Assembly (NCBI GenBank): GCA_043798985.1
Contig: JAZDOE010000023.1
Span: 3,626-67,625, forward strand
DNA from: Candidatus Falkowbacteria bacterium
Lineage (GTDB): Bacteria > Patescibacteriota > Patescibacteriia > UBA11705 > JACRDX01
DNA length: 64,000 nucleotides
Direction of reading: 5' to 3'
Shown: in pieces, positions 53,070-62,137 of the stretch
Numbering within the stretch: the first letter of the stretch is position 1
How the letters are laid out: every line of letters starts with the position of its first letter
Program-made: the position numbers and the translations under genes
Notes under the pieces: generated by a model
What the model was told of the DNA's origin: nothing
Seen by the model: the letters and a program-made list of their open reading frames with translations, nothing else
Database searches by the model: none

Positions 53070-53528
53070 TTACACTCTTCGTGGCTTACGTTTTCTACAA
53101 CCATTGTGTGGAATCGGAGTAATATCTTTGATTGCTAAAACGTTAAATCCATTAGCGTTTAGCGCGCGGACAGCCGCGTCGCGACCCAATCCCACGCCTC
53201 TCACAAAAACAGACACGTCTTTCAAGCCAAATGGCTGAACTTTATTCGCCGCGTCGCGCACAATAATTGAAGCCGCGTAAGGGGTTGCTTTTTTCGGCCC
53301 CTTAAAACCATTCAAACCAGCGGTCGCCCATGCCAAAACATTACCAGCCGGATCGGTGAAACTTATCATTGTGTTATTGTAAGTTGCCTTAATATAAGCA
53401 CGACCAACAGCTACTTGTCGATATACTTTTTTCTTCTTAGAAGCTCTTGCTACTTTTTTTTCAGCCTTTTCTGCTGTTTCCTTGGTTTCTTTCGCTTCTG
53501 TTTCTTGTTGTTTTATTTCATCCGCCAT
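53070..53528 (-). CDS. rpsK: 30S ribosomal protein S11
   Basis: ATYNNT, KKATPYAA, TPIPHNGCR. Confidence 0.97.
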   Translation of the reverse strand: MADEIKQQETEAKETKETAEKAEKKVARASKKKKVYRQVAVGRAYIKATYNNTMISFTDPAGNVLAWATAGLNGFKGPKKATPYAASIIVRDAANKVQPFGLKDVSVFVRGVGLGRDAAVRALNANGFNVLAIKDITPIPHNGCRKRKPRRV

Positions 53529-53531
53529 ATA

Positions 53532-53915
53532 TTATGTCTTTTCCAATTTACGCTTACCGCTACCCATTGTTCTTCGCACATTGCCGCGCACTGTGCGGCA
53601 ATTTGTCTTTGTTCGTTGCCCATGAACCGGCAAATGTCTTATATGTCTGATTCCAGTATAACATTTAATATCTTTCAGTCTTTTGATATTGCCCAAAACT
53701 TCGCGCCGCAAATCGCCTTCAACCTTCTCTCCCTTTTCAATTTCATTACGCAGCGCATTTACCTGCTCTTCTGTTAACTCTTTGACCCTCACATTTTCAA
53801 TCTTCAATTTAGCCAAAAGCACTTTTGCCTTTGGGTGACCAATACCATAAACATAAGTAAGCGCGCATGCCACTCTTTTGTTTTCTGGTAAATTCACGCC
53901 AGCAATTCTAGCCAT
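53532..53915 (-). CDS. rpsM: 30S ribosomal protein S13
   Basis: [25 protein letters not shown]. Confidence 0.97.
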   Translation of the reverse strand: MARIAGVNLPENKRVACALTYVYGIGHPKAKVLLAKLKIENVRVKELTEEQVNALRNEIEKGEKVEGDLRREVLGNIKRLKDIKCYTGIRHIRHLPVHGQRTKTNCRTVRGNVRRTMGSGKRKLEKT

Positions 53916-53924
53916 AACATTATA

Positions 53925-53983
53925 AAATTTGGAATTTCTAATTTTAAATTTTTAATCAATTTTAAAATCTGAATTTTTAAACA
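53925..53983. repeat. AT-rich heptamer-type element between rpmJ and rpsM
   Basis: AATTTGG AATTTCT AATTTTA AATTTTT AATCAATTT, similar to the left half of 34538-34653. Confidence 0.6.
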
Positions 53984-53986
53984 TTT

Positions 53987-54103
53987 TTAACCTTGTCTCT
54001 GTTTGTGTTTGGCCGTTGTTGGGCAAATAACAAATAAGCGCCCTTTTCTGCGCACAATTTTACAATCTTTACAGCGCTTTTTAACAGAAGCTTGCACTTT
54101 CAT
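53987..54103 (-). CDS. rpmJ: 50S ribosomal protein L36 (missing from ORF track)
   Basis: Translated by hand: [38 protein letters not shown]. Confidence 0.95.
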   Translation of the reverse strand: MKVQASVKKRCKDCKIVRRKGRLFVICPTTAKHKQRQG

Positions 54104-54105
54104 AA

Positions 54106-54327
54106 TTATGATAATCTATAAACTATTCTGCCCTTAGTAAGGTCGTATGGAGTCAACTGAACTTTTACTTTATCGCCAACGCCAATGCGAATTCTGTTCA
54201 TGCGCAACTTGCCGGATAAATGAACAAGCACCGCGTGCCCATTTTCTAGCGTCACGCGAAACATTGCATTTGGCAAAATCTCTTGAATAGTCCCAAGCAA
54301 CTCCAAAACGTCTTGTTTTTTTGTCAT
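54106..54327 (-). CDS. infA: Translation initiation factor IF-1
   Basis: [29 protein letters not shown]. Confidence 0.97.
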   Translation of the reverse strand: MTKKQDVLELLGTIQEILPNAMFRVTLENGHAVLVHLSGKLRMNRIRIGVGDKVKVQLTPYDLTKGRIVYRLS

Positions 54328-54453
54328 GTTTAAATAAGTGATTCCAGTTTAGCTTATTAATAATGGTGTGTCAATAGTTTATGGACACTCAATCATTTTA
54401 GCTATTTTTTTTAAAAAAGTCAAACTAAAAACAGCCGCATTGTGGATGAATGT

Positions 54454-56202
54454 TTAACGGTAAAACATTTTATTCAGTTCTACGAAGCTAAATTCAACAA
54501 TACACGGACGACCATGCACGCAGGTGAACTTTTTGGTTTTAAACAATTGATCAATCAATGCCATTGCTTCCATGCCAGACAGCTCGTCTCCGAATTTTAT
54601 CGCGCTTTTACAACTCATCATTTTAAAAATGTCGTCAGCAATCTCTAAAATTTTCTCCGCGCTGGTTTTTTCGCTCAAAATCTCATCTCCAACTATTTTC
54701 AGAATCTCCTGAATAATTTCGCTCGGCTCCAGCTTGGACAATAGCGCGGGCGATTGACGAATAAGAAAAGTGTTGGCGCCAAATTCATCAATTTCAAAAC
54801 CGAGCTTTGTGAATGTGTCGCGGTTTTGCCGCAAGATATTGGCTTCAATAAGCGCCAATTCAATACTTTGAGGAAATAACATTTGTTGGCTTAAAATTTT
54901 GCCCGCGCTCCATTCAGCAGAAATTTTTTCATATTGAAGCCGCTCTGATGCTGCGTGCTGGTCAATAATTTTGATTCCTTTCTCGTCGCTGACAATCAAA
55001 TATGCTTTGTTAATCTGGCCAAGATATTGATATGGCCATTCTGATTTTCGTTCTGGAAAATTCAACAACCCCGCGTCTATTGGTCTTTGTTGCGCGCCAA
55101 CGTTGGCAGTGGGAAAATCAATCCTCTTCTCTGCAAAATTTAACCGTTCAAATCCATTTCGCAAACGTGGCGCTTGTGTTGTTTCAGGTGCCAACGGCAC
55201 AAACGATATCTTGGTTATCAACTCTGATTTATCAATCACGTCAGCCGCGCCGCGATAAAACGCCTGATAAATTAAATTGGGTTCAGAAAAACGAACTTCC
55301 AATTTCCGCGGATGAACATTTACATCAATTTTCGCAGGATCAACCGATAAATTTAACAAATAGATCGGATGTAAATCTTTTGGAATCATTTGTCCAAAAG
55401 AATCTTTGATTGTTTTTGAAATGACGAATTCATTAACAGGACGAGAATTAACAAACAAAAACTGCAGTTTTTTATTTTGCCGCGCCACCTGCGGTTTGCC
55501 AATAAATCCGGAAATTTTCACGTACAAAGTTTCATATTCAACTGCCAAAAGTTGGCCGCTGATTTCTTTTCCCAAAACCGCTTCGGCGCGCTCTAATAAA
55601 TCTGCCGCGACGCTAAAACGATAAACCTCGCGGCCATTATGAACAAGCGTCCAATCAATTTTCGGATGCGCCAAGGCATAATTCAAAAACAAATCAACAA
55701 TATGATTATATTCGTTTGCCGGCGCCTTTAAATATTTTTGTCGCGCCGGCATATTGTAAAAAAGATTTTGGATAGTGATTGTTGTTCCGACCGGACAGCC
55801 GGCATCTTCAACGCGGCGATTGCCATTTTCAACGATCAGCTTTGTTCCGCTGACATCTGCTTCTTGCCGCGACAACAATGAAAATTGGCTGACGCTTGCA
55901 ATACTCGCGAGCGCCTCGCCGCGAAAGCCCATTGTTTTGATATTGAATAAATCTTCGGCGCTCGCCAATTTGCTCGTGGCATGTTGTTCAACGCTCAACA
56001 AAACATCCTCGCGATTCATTCCGCAACCATTATCAATAATTTTAATTTCATTGATTCCGCCATTAACAATTTCAACAATAATTTTTAGCGCGCCCGCGTC
56101 AATTGAGTTTTCAACCAATTCTTTAACAACAGAAGCTGGCCGTTCAATCACCTCGCCGGCTGCGATTTGGTTTATCAATTCCTGCGGTAAAATTTTTATC
56201 AT
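54454..56202 (-). CDS. mutL: DNA mismatch repair endonuclease MutL
   Basis: IAAGEVIERP, GFRGEAL, DQHAASER, SCK, CVHGRP. Confidence 0.97.
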   Translation of the reverse strand: MIKILPQELINQIAAGEVIERPASVVKELVENSIDAGALKIIVEIVNGGINEIKIIDNGCGMNREDVLLSVEQHATSKLASAEDLFNIKTMGFRGEALASIASVSQFSLLSRQEADVSGTKLIVENGNRRVEDAGCPVGTTITIQNLFYNMPARQKYLKAPANEYNHIVDLFLNYALAHPKIDWTLVHNGREVYRFSVAADLLERAEAVLGKEISGQLLAVEYETLYVKISGFIGKPQVARQNKKLQFLFVNSRPVNEFVISKTIKDSFGQMIPKDLHPIYLLNLSVDPAKIDVNVHPRKLEVRFSEPNLIYQAFYRGAADVIDKSELITKISFVPLAPETTQAPRLRNGFERLNFAEKRIDFPTANVGAQQRPIDAGLLNFPERKSEWPYQYLGQINKAYLIVSDEKGIKIIDQHAASERLQYEKISAEWSAGKILSQQMLFPQSIELALIEANILRQNRDTFTKLGFEIDEFGANTFLIRQSPALLSKLEPSEIIQEILKIVGDEILSEKTSAEKILEIADDIFKMMSCKSAIKFGDELSGMEAMALIDQLFKTKKFTCVHGRPCIVEFSFVELNKMFYR

Positions 56203-58796
56203 ATTTTATCAATTCTCCGTTTCAAATCTGCAATTTTTTCCAAAGCTTTCATTGGCGTCATATTATCAACATCCAAATCCAACAACTCTTTTTCAACCAC
56301 GCTTTGTTGCGGTGTTTGTTCAATCCCGCCTGCCTGTCCGGTAGGCAGGCCAACGGCGGGACCCAATGGCAACTCAAATTGCGCGGCGTTTTTCTTGATT
56401 TTTGTTTTTGATTTTTGTTCAAGCTCAACAAGAATCTGCTCTGCGCGCTCTGTGATTTCATTTGGCAAACCAGCGAGCCGACCAACTTCAATTCCATAAC
56501 TTTTGCTTGCCGCGCCTTTTATTATTTTATGCAAAAAAACAACGCGACCATTATTTTCGCTTACAGCCACGCAAAAATTTTGGATGCGCTGAAATTTTTC
56601 AGCCAAATCTGTGAGCTCATGGTAGTGCGTGGCAAACAAAGTGCGCGCTTTTAATTTTTCATGCAAATATTCAACAACCGCCCACGCGATACTCAACCCG
56701 TCATACGTGGCTGTTCCGCGCCCAAGCTCATCCAAAATAATGAGCGAACGGCTGGTCGCGTTATTCAAAATATTTGCCATTTCTTGCATTTCAACCATGA
56801 ACGTTGAGCGACCCAATGTTAAATTGTCCGATGCGCCGACGCGCGTAAAAATCCTGTCTACAATACCGACGCGCGCGCTGATGGCCGGCACAAAACAACC
56901 AACCTGCGCCAGCAAAACAATCAGCGCGGTTTGGCGCAGATAACTGGATTTGCCGCTCATATTTGGTCCGGTCAGCAAAATTATTTCATTGTCACTTGAA
57001 TCAAGCTGCAAATCATTTGGCACAAACGGCTCGCTCTGATTTTTTTCAATGACAGGATGACGTCCCGCGCGAATTTCAATTATATTGCTATCATCAATTG
57101 TTGGCTGTGAATAATTATTTTCTTTTGCCAAAATCGCGAATCCGAGCAACACGTCAATATGCGCAATGGCGCTCGCGATTTCTTTAATTTCCTGAAAACG
57201 CGCGCTTACTTTTTCCACAATTTCATTAAAAATTCTTAGCTCGCGCTCTTTAATTTCTATTTCAGCTGTCAGAACTTTTTGTTCATATTCTTTCAGCTCC
57301 GGAATCACGAACCGCTCCGCGTTAACCAACGTCTGCTTGCGAATATAATCAGCCGGTACCGCGGCTAAATTTGAATTGCTAATTTCAATATAATAACCAA
57401 AAATTTTATTATAACTCACTTTCAAAGAGCTTATGCCGGTGCGCGCAATTTCTTGCTGCTGCAAATCTTTCAGCCATTCTTTCCCGCCGAACGCAATTTT
57501 TCGCAGATCGTCAAGTTTAGGGTCATAACCTTCTGCGATCATTCCACCTTCGTTAATGATTGCCGGTGGATTTTCTTTAATGCTGGTTTTAATCAAATTA
57601 ATAATTTCCAAAAGTTCAATAATTTTGGCGGCCGCGGCAACGCAATTTTCCATTGTCGCTAAAATATTTTTTATCGCGGGCACAAACTCCAAACTGGTTT
57701 TCAAGTTTAACAAATCCCGCGCGTTGCCGCGGCCGCAGCCCAATCTTCCAATTAAACGTTCAATGTCCGAAACTTTTGTCAACAACTCTGCCAAATCTTT
57801 TGCCGCGCTAAAATTTTTATAAAAATCAGCCACAACATTGAGCCGGTGATTAATCGCGGCAACATTTTTCAGCGGACACAACAACCAGCGACGTAGCAAT
57901 CTGGCACCCATTGCCGTTGAAGTTTTATCAATAACATTTATCAAACTCGCGTCAGACCCGCGGCTATTGGAAAACAGCAACTCCAAATTCGTGATCGCTG
58001 TCTCGTCCAAAAGCATGCGGTCATCCAACGCGTATCGCCGAATTTTTATGATGTGCGTCAAACTATTTTTTTGCGTGTCTTTCAAATAACTCAACAAACC
58101 GCCTGCCGCGAAAACTCCAGCGTCAAAATTGTCTATGCCAAAACTGCTCAAATCGTGGACCTTAAAATGGTCAACCAACAACCGCCGTGGATTTTCAAAG
58201 CCAGCCAAGTCAAAAACCGAAGCATTTTTTAATGAAGCGACAAATGCCGCGAGGTCAATATTATTTGCCAACGAATTATTAACAATAAACTCTGACGCAG
58301 ACAATCGCGCAAGTTCATTTTTCAAAACATCAAACTCAACAATCTCGCCAACTTCAAACTCGCCAGTGGTCAAATCGCAAATCGCGACACCAAACCTGCT
58401 GTTTTTAAAATAAATACTTACAATAAAATTGTTGCTTTTGCGTTCCAAAACTCGTTCGTCCAAAATCGTGCCGGCTGTGATAATGCGAACAACTTTGCGG
58501 TCAACAATGCCGCGGCCAACCTCGCCAACCTGATCGCAAACAGCCACGCGCTTACCAGCTTGCGTGAGTTTGGCAATGTATGTTTCTGCCGCGTGGTGCG
58601 GAAAACCGCACATTGGCATTTCCTTTTCTGTCTCGCGATAGCGCGCGGTCAAGGCAATATTTAAAATCGGCGCTGCGGTTTTCGCGTCATCGCCCAGCAA
58701 TTCATAAAAATCGCCCATTCTAAAAAGAAGCAGCTCGTTTTTGTGTTGTTCTTTAATTTGCCAATATTGTCGCAACACCGGCGTTAAATCGTTCAT
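56199..58796 (-). CDS. mutS: DNA mismatch repair protein MutS
   Basis: FRMGDFYE, TGPNMSGKS, DELGRGT, ATHYHEL, SYG. Confidence 0.97.
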   Translation of the reverse strand: MNDLTPVLRQYWQIKEQHKNELLLFRMGDFYELLGDDAKTAAPILNIALTARYRETEKEMPMCGFPHHAAETYIAKLTQAGKRVAVCDQVGEVGRGIVDRKVVRIITAGTILDERVLERKSNNFIVSIYFKNSRFGVAICDLTTGEFEVGEIVEFDVLKNELARLSASEFIVNNSLANNIDLAAFVASLKNASVFDLAGFENPRRLLVDHFKVHDLSSFGIDNFDAGVFAAGGLLSYLKDTQKNSLTHIIKIRRYALDDRMLLDETAITNLELLFSNSRGSDASLINVIDKTSTAMGARLLRRWLLCPLKNVAAINHRLNVVADFYKNFSAAKDLAELLTKVSDIERLIGRLGCGRGNARDLLNLKTSLEFVPAIKNILATMENCVAAAAKIIELLEIINLIKTSIKENPPAIINEGGMIAEGYDPKLDDLRKIAFGGKEWLKDLQQQEIARTGISSLKVSYNKIFGYYIEISNSNLAAVPADYIRKQTLVNAERFVIPELKEYEQKVLTAEIEIKERELRIFNEIVEKVSARFQEIKEIASAIAHIDVLLGFAILAKENNYSQPTIDDSNIIEIRAGRHPVIEKNQSEPFVPNDLQLDSSDNEIILLTGPNMSGKSSYLRQTALIVLLAQVGCFVPAISARVGIVDRIFTRVGASDNLTLGRSTFMVEMQEMANILNNATSRSLIILDELGRGTATYDGLSIAWAVVEYLHEKLKARTLFATHYHELTDLAEKFQRIQNFCVAVSENNGRVVFLHKIIKGAASKSYGIEVGRLAGLPNEITERAEQILVELEQKSKTKIKKNAAQFELPLGPAVGLPTGQAGGIEQTPQQSVVEKELLDLDVDNMTPMKALEKIADLKRRIDKI
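56325..56360. repeat. Nested palindromes (36 nt) in-frame in the mutS C-terminal linker
   Basis: CCCG-[CCTGCCTGTCCGGTAGGCAGG]-CCAACGGCGGG encodes PAVGLPTGQAGG. Confidence 0.85.
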
Positions 58797-58803
58797 ATCA
58801 TTT

Positions 58804-58831
58804 GTACAGACGAGATATATCTCGTCTCTCT
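58804..58831. repeat. Degenerate GTAG-type REP just upstream of mutS
   Basis: GTACAGACGAGATATATCTCGTCTCTCT. Confidence 0.85.
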
Positions 58832-58862
58832 CATATTAACAAACCCGCGCAAAAAATCTATA

Positions 58863-58890
58863 TTGACAAAATATAAAAAAAGATTAAGAT
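58863..58890 (+). promoter_or_regulatory. Sigma70-type promoter
   Basis: TTGACA-16 nt-TAAGAT; GGAGG at 58909-58913. Confidence 0.6.
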
Positions 58891-58919
58891 AAAGGGGCAC
58901 GTAACCATGGAGGTCGCAA

Positions 58920-59408
58920 ATGGATCTGTTAGAACTCGTACCGCCCTCCAACGTGCAAACCACGTTCGGAGAAATCCCAAAAGGCAGGCTCGCCATCGTG
59001 GCAGTTCTCGTCCTTGCATCAGGCCTAATTTGGGGAGCGATCATGTTGGTTCCGTCGGTGAATGCGTTTGCCGTAGCTCTGTCCCAGACCGATGACGGCG
59101 CAACAGGTACACTCGCAAAAATCGCCATTGTAGTACTTTGCGCGATTCCAATCGTCGCGATATTCCACAGTTGGCGACTATACAGAACCATCGTCACAAA
59201 CAAAATCGTTCCGCTTGTGTATCTCAATGTTGTAAACATTGAGCGCGATATGATTCACGTAAAATCGTACTGTGGACGAACGCTCGCTGTTCCGCGGTCG
59301 CAAGTGCAGGATAAGCGCGCCGCATGGGATCACTTGGGCTACTTAGAAATCAGCGGCACGACCAACAAACCCAAAGCAGAGCTGCGAGATTTCTACGCAG
59401 AACGATGA
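58920..59408 (+). CDS. Orphan two-TM membrane protein, GC-richer than flanks
   Basis: SD-led ORF with own promoter and terminator. Confidence 0.75.
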   Translation: MDLLELVPPSNVQTTFGEIPKGRLAIVAVLVLASGLIWGAIMLVPSVNAFAVALSQTDDGATGTLAKIAIVVLCAIPIVAIFHSWRLYRTIVTNKIVPLVYLNVVNIERDMIHVKSYCGRTLAVPRSQVQDKRAAWDHLGYLEISGTTNKPKAELRDFYAER

Positions 59409-59418
59409 ACGCGCAACA

Positions 59419-59453
59419 AACCTTGTCAAAAATTTTGACAAGGTTATTTTTTT
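59419..59453 (+). terminator. Intrinsic terminator
   Basis: AACCTTGTCAAAA-A-TTTTGACAAGGTT then T tract. Confidence 0.75.
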
Positions 59454-59535
59454 ATTATCTGCGCGCCACCTAGAATTTCAAGGGTGTCACCTATTCACAA
59501 CCCTGCATTTCATATACAAAAATGCGCATTATATT

Positions 59536-59563
59536 GTAGAGACGGGGCATGCCCCGTCTCTAC
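59536..59563. repeat. 28-bp GTAG-type REP, 5' of RAYT
   Basis: GTAGAGACGGGGCATGCCCCGTCTCTAC, perfect palindrome. Confidence 0.95.
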
Positions 59564-59572
59564 CCGAACAAT

Positions 59573-60112
59573 ATGCGCAATGAATTATTATTTCAAAATC
59601 AATTTAGAATTCCTTCTACACGGCTCCAATATTGGAACTACGCCCAAGACGGGTGGTATTTTGTTACAATTTGCACGCACAAACGAGAATGCTTTTTGGG
59701 GGAAATAAATAACTACGAACCGCAACTATCCCCCGTGGGACAAATCGCTGAAAAATGTTGGTTAGAAATTCCGCAACATTTTCCAAATGTTGAATTAGAG
59801 ACATTCGTCATCATGCCAAATCACATACATGGAATAATTACAATTAATTGCACGGAGCAGCAAACAAACAAAAATAATATTGGACAAAATTTACCGCTTC
59901 CACAATCATTGTCTGCGGTAATTGGTTCTTTCAAATCCGCCGTTTCAAAAATTATCAACAGAACACATCCAAAAATTCCCTTTCAATGGCAAACAAGATT
60001 TTACGACCGTATCATTCGCAATCGCGAATCAATGTACAAAATCAGCCAATACATTCTAAACAACCCTATAAAATGGGAATTGGACAGGAATAATCCAAAA
60101 AATGTTTATTAA
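59573..60112 (+). mobile_element. REP-associated tyrosine (Y1 HUH) transposase, RAYT/TnpA-REP
   Basis: STRLQYWNY..GWYFVTICT, VIMPNHIHGII (HUH), WQTRFYDRIIR, YILNNP; REPs on both sides. Confidence 0.92.
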
Positions 60113-60185
60113 TCTAACATTGAGGGCAACAATTATACACAACCCTAAATTTGGACAATATAATTAAAAATTTTATAAATTAAAT

Positions 60186-60213
60186 GTAGAGACGTAGCAT
60201 GCTACGTCTCTAC
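60186..60213. repeat. 28-bp GTAG-type REP, 3' of RAYT
   Basis: GTAGAGACGTAGCATGCTACGTCTCTAC, perfect palindrome. Confidence 0.95.
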
Positions 60214-60256
60214 ATAATATACCCCCCAAAATTCAATGTGTTATAAAACGCAAAAA

Positions 60257-62131
60257 TTATTCCAAAACAGCTTTGACGCGGCGGACGCCGGCCGAGCTGG
60301 CCTCCTCCTTTACAATTTTAAAATGCCCCAGCTCGGCCGTATTATTTGCATGCGGTCCGCCGCAGATCTCTTTAGAAAAAACCTGCCCCGAGCATTGCGA
60401 GGGGCCACCAATAAAATATACTTTTACTTTGTCTCCATATTTATTTTCAAAAATTCCGGTCGCGCCAATTTTTTTCGCCTCGTCCAAAGACAGCTCCTCG
60501 CATTTAACGTCCAACTTTTTCGCGATTTGTTCGTTAACAATTTCCTCAACTTTTTTAATTTGCTCTGCTGTCATTTTTTCTTCATGCGAAAAATCAAACC
60601 GCAAACGTTCTGCCGTGATATTTGATCCGCGCTGCTCAACATGCTCACCCAAAACTTGGCGCATTGCTTCTAACATCAAATGCGCGGCAGTGTGCAATCG
60701 CTTGGTTTGTTCCGACGAATCAGCCAACCCGCCCTTGAACATTCCAGCTGACGCTGTTTTGGAAAGTTCCTGATGTTTTTTAAATTCCTCGTTAAATTCT
60801 TTTTCGTCAACTTCCGCGCCGATTTCTCGCGCAAATTCTTGCGTCATTTCAAACGGAAAACCATAAGTTGAAAAAAGTATAAACGCGTCTTTGCCAGAAA
60901 TCGTTTTCCCAATGGCAAATCGCTGAAATTCTTTAATCCCCTTTTCCAAAGTCTTCGCAAATCTATCCTCTTCCTTATTAAGCTGGTCAACAATAAAGCC
61001 GCGATTTTTTTTCAATTCCGGATAAATTTTTTGCATCTGTTTGATAACCACTTCTGCGATTTGCGCTGTAAAATTGTCATTGATTCCCAATTGCTTGCCA
61101 TACCGAATGGCGCGGCGAATCAGGCGACGCAAAACATAACCCTGCAAAACATTTGACGGCTCAATCGCCTTTTCGTCGCCTAAAATAAATGTGGCCGCGC
61201 GCAAATGATCCGCGATTATTCTGAATGCCTTTTTGTTTTCCGCGTATTTTTTGTCTGATAATTTTTCAATTTTTTCAAAAATTTCCTGAAATTCTTCAAT
61301 ATCAAAGACCTCTTTTTCGCCATTCAATATCGCCGTTGTTCTTTCAAGCCCCATGCCAGTATCAACATTTTTTTGTTTCAACGGTGCCAGCGAACCATCT
61401 TGTTGGCGATCATATTCCATAAAAACATCATTCCAAACTTCAACAAACCTACCCTCTTTTACAAGTTGCTCGTGCGTTTTGCCATTTTCAAAACCGCGCT
61501 CCGGATAAACATCGTAAAACATTTCCGAACACGGACCGCACGGGCCGCCAGTTGCCAATCCCCACCAGTTATCATCATTGCCAAGCGCGAAAATCCGCTG
61601 GGCATTGTTGCTCCACGTTCCGTCCAACGAAACGTCAGCGTCAATTTTAACGTTGCCAAATTGTTCCTGCCAAATTTTTATTGATTCTTCGTCCAATCCA
61701 ACATTGTCTTTTGCATCACCGCGAAAAACCGTAATATACAAACGTTTTGGATCAAGCTTGAGCCCTTTTTTGTTTGTTAAAAATTCAAAACTCATTGCAA
61801 TCGCCTCCTCCTTAAAATAACCTGCCCCGATCCTGTCCTCAGCGTCGGGGTCGCCGAGCGACCAGTTTCCCAACATTTCAAAAAAAGTTAAATGCCTGTT
61901 ATCGCCAACATCATCAATATCGCCAGTGCGAATACACTTTTGCGCGTCAGTCAAGCGCTGACCAGCCGGATATTTTTCGCCCAACAAATACGGAACAAGC
62001 GGGTGCATTCCAGCCGTTGTAAATAAAACGCTCGGGTCGTTTTCTGGGATTAAAGAAGCAGAAGCGATTATTGCATGCTTCTTTTGTTTAAAAAATTTCA
62101 AATACTTTTCGCGCAATTGTGCAGTTGTCAT
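60257..62131 (-). CDS. alaS: Alanine--tRNA ligase, short form without C-Ala domain
   Basis: LFTTAGM, HLTFFEMLGNWS, DTGMGLER, HTAAH, CGGPH, GVRR. Confidence 0.96.
   Translation of the reverse strand: MTTAQLREKYLKFFKQKKHAIIASASLIPENDPSVLFTTAGMHPLVPYLLGEKYPAGQRLTDAQKCIRTGDIDDVGDNRHLTFFEMLGNWSLGDPDAEDRIGAGYFKEEAIAMSFEFLTNKKGLKLDPKRLYITVFRGDAKDNVGLDEESIKIWQEQFGNVKIDADVSLDGTWSNNAQRIFALGNDDNWWGLATGGPCGPCSEMFYDVYPERGFENGKTHEQLVKEGRFVEVWNDVFMEYDRQQDGSLAPLKQKNVDTGMGLERTTAILNGEKEVFDIEEFQEIFEKIEKLSDKKYAENKKAFRIIADHLRAATFILGDEKAIEPSNVLQGYVLRRLIRRAIRYGKQLGINDNFTAQIAEVVIKQMQKIYPELKKNRGFIVDQLNKEEDRFAKTLEKGIKEFQRFAIGKTISGKDAFILFSTYGFPFEMTQEFAREIGAEVDEKEFNEEFKKHQELSKTASAGMFKGGLADSSEQTKRLHTAAHLMLEAMRQVLGEHVEQRGSNITAERLRFDFSHEEKMTAEQIKKVEEIVNEQIAKKLDVKCEELSLDEAKKIGATGIFENKYGDKVKVYFIGGPSQCSGQVFSKEICGGPHANNTAELGHFKIVKEEASSAGVRRVKAVLE
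60381..60405. repeat. Palindromic element in-frame in the alaS editing domain
   Basis: ACCTGCCCCGAGCATTGCGAGGGGC encodes PSQCSGQ. Confidence 0.7.
61820..61850. repeat. Possible palindromic element in-frame in the alaS catalytic domain
   Basis: ACCTGCCCCGATCCTGTCCTCAGCGTCGGGG encodes PDAEDRIGAG. Confidence 0.5.
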
Positions 62132-62137
62132 AAAAAT

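Noticed and set aside
58793-59239. 148-aa minus-strand ORF abutting mutS
   Set aside because: It is antisense to the SD-led plus-strand gene that has its own promoter and terminator, and it runs through a REP.
22829-60213. 28-bp palindromes as CRISPR repeats
   Set aside because: They are dispersed with variable centres, have no regular spacers, and no cas genes are present.
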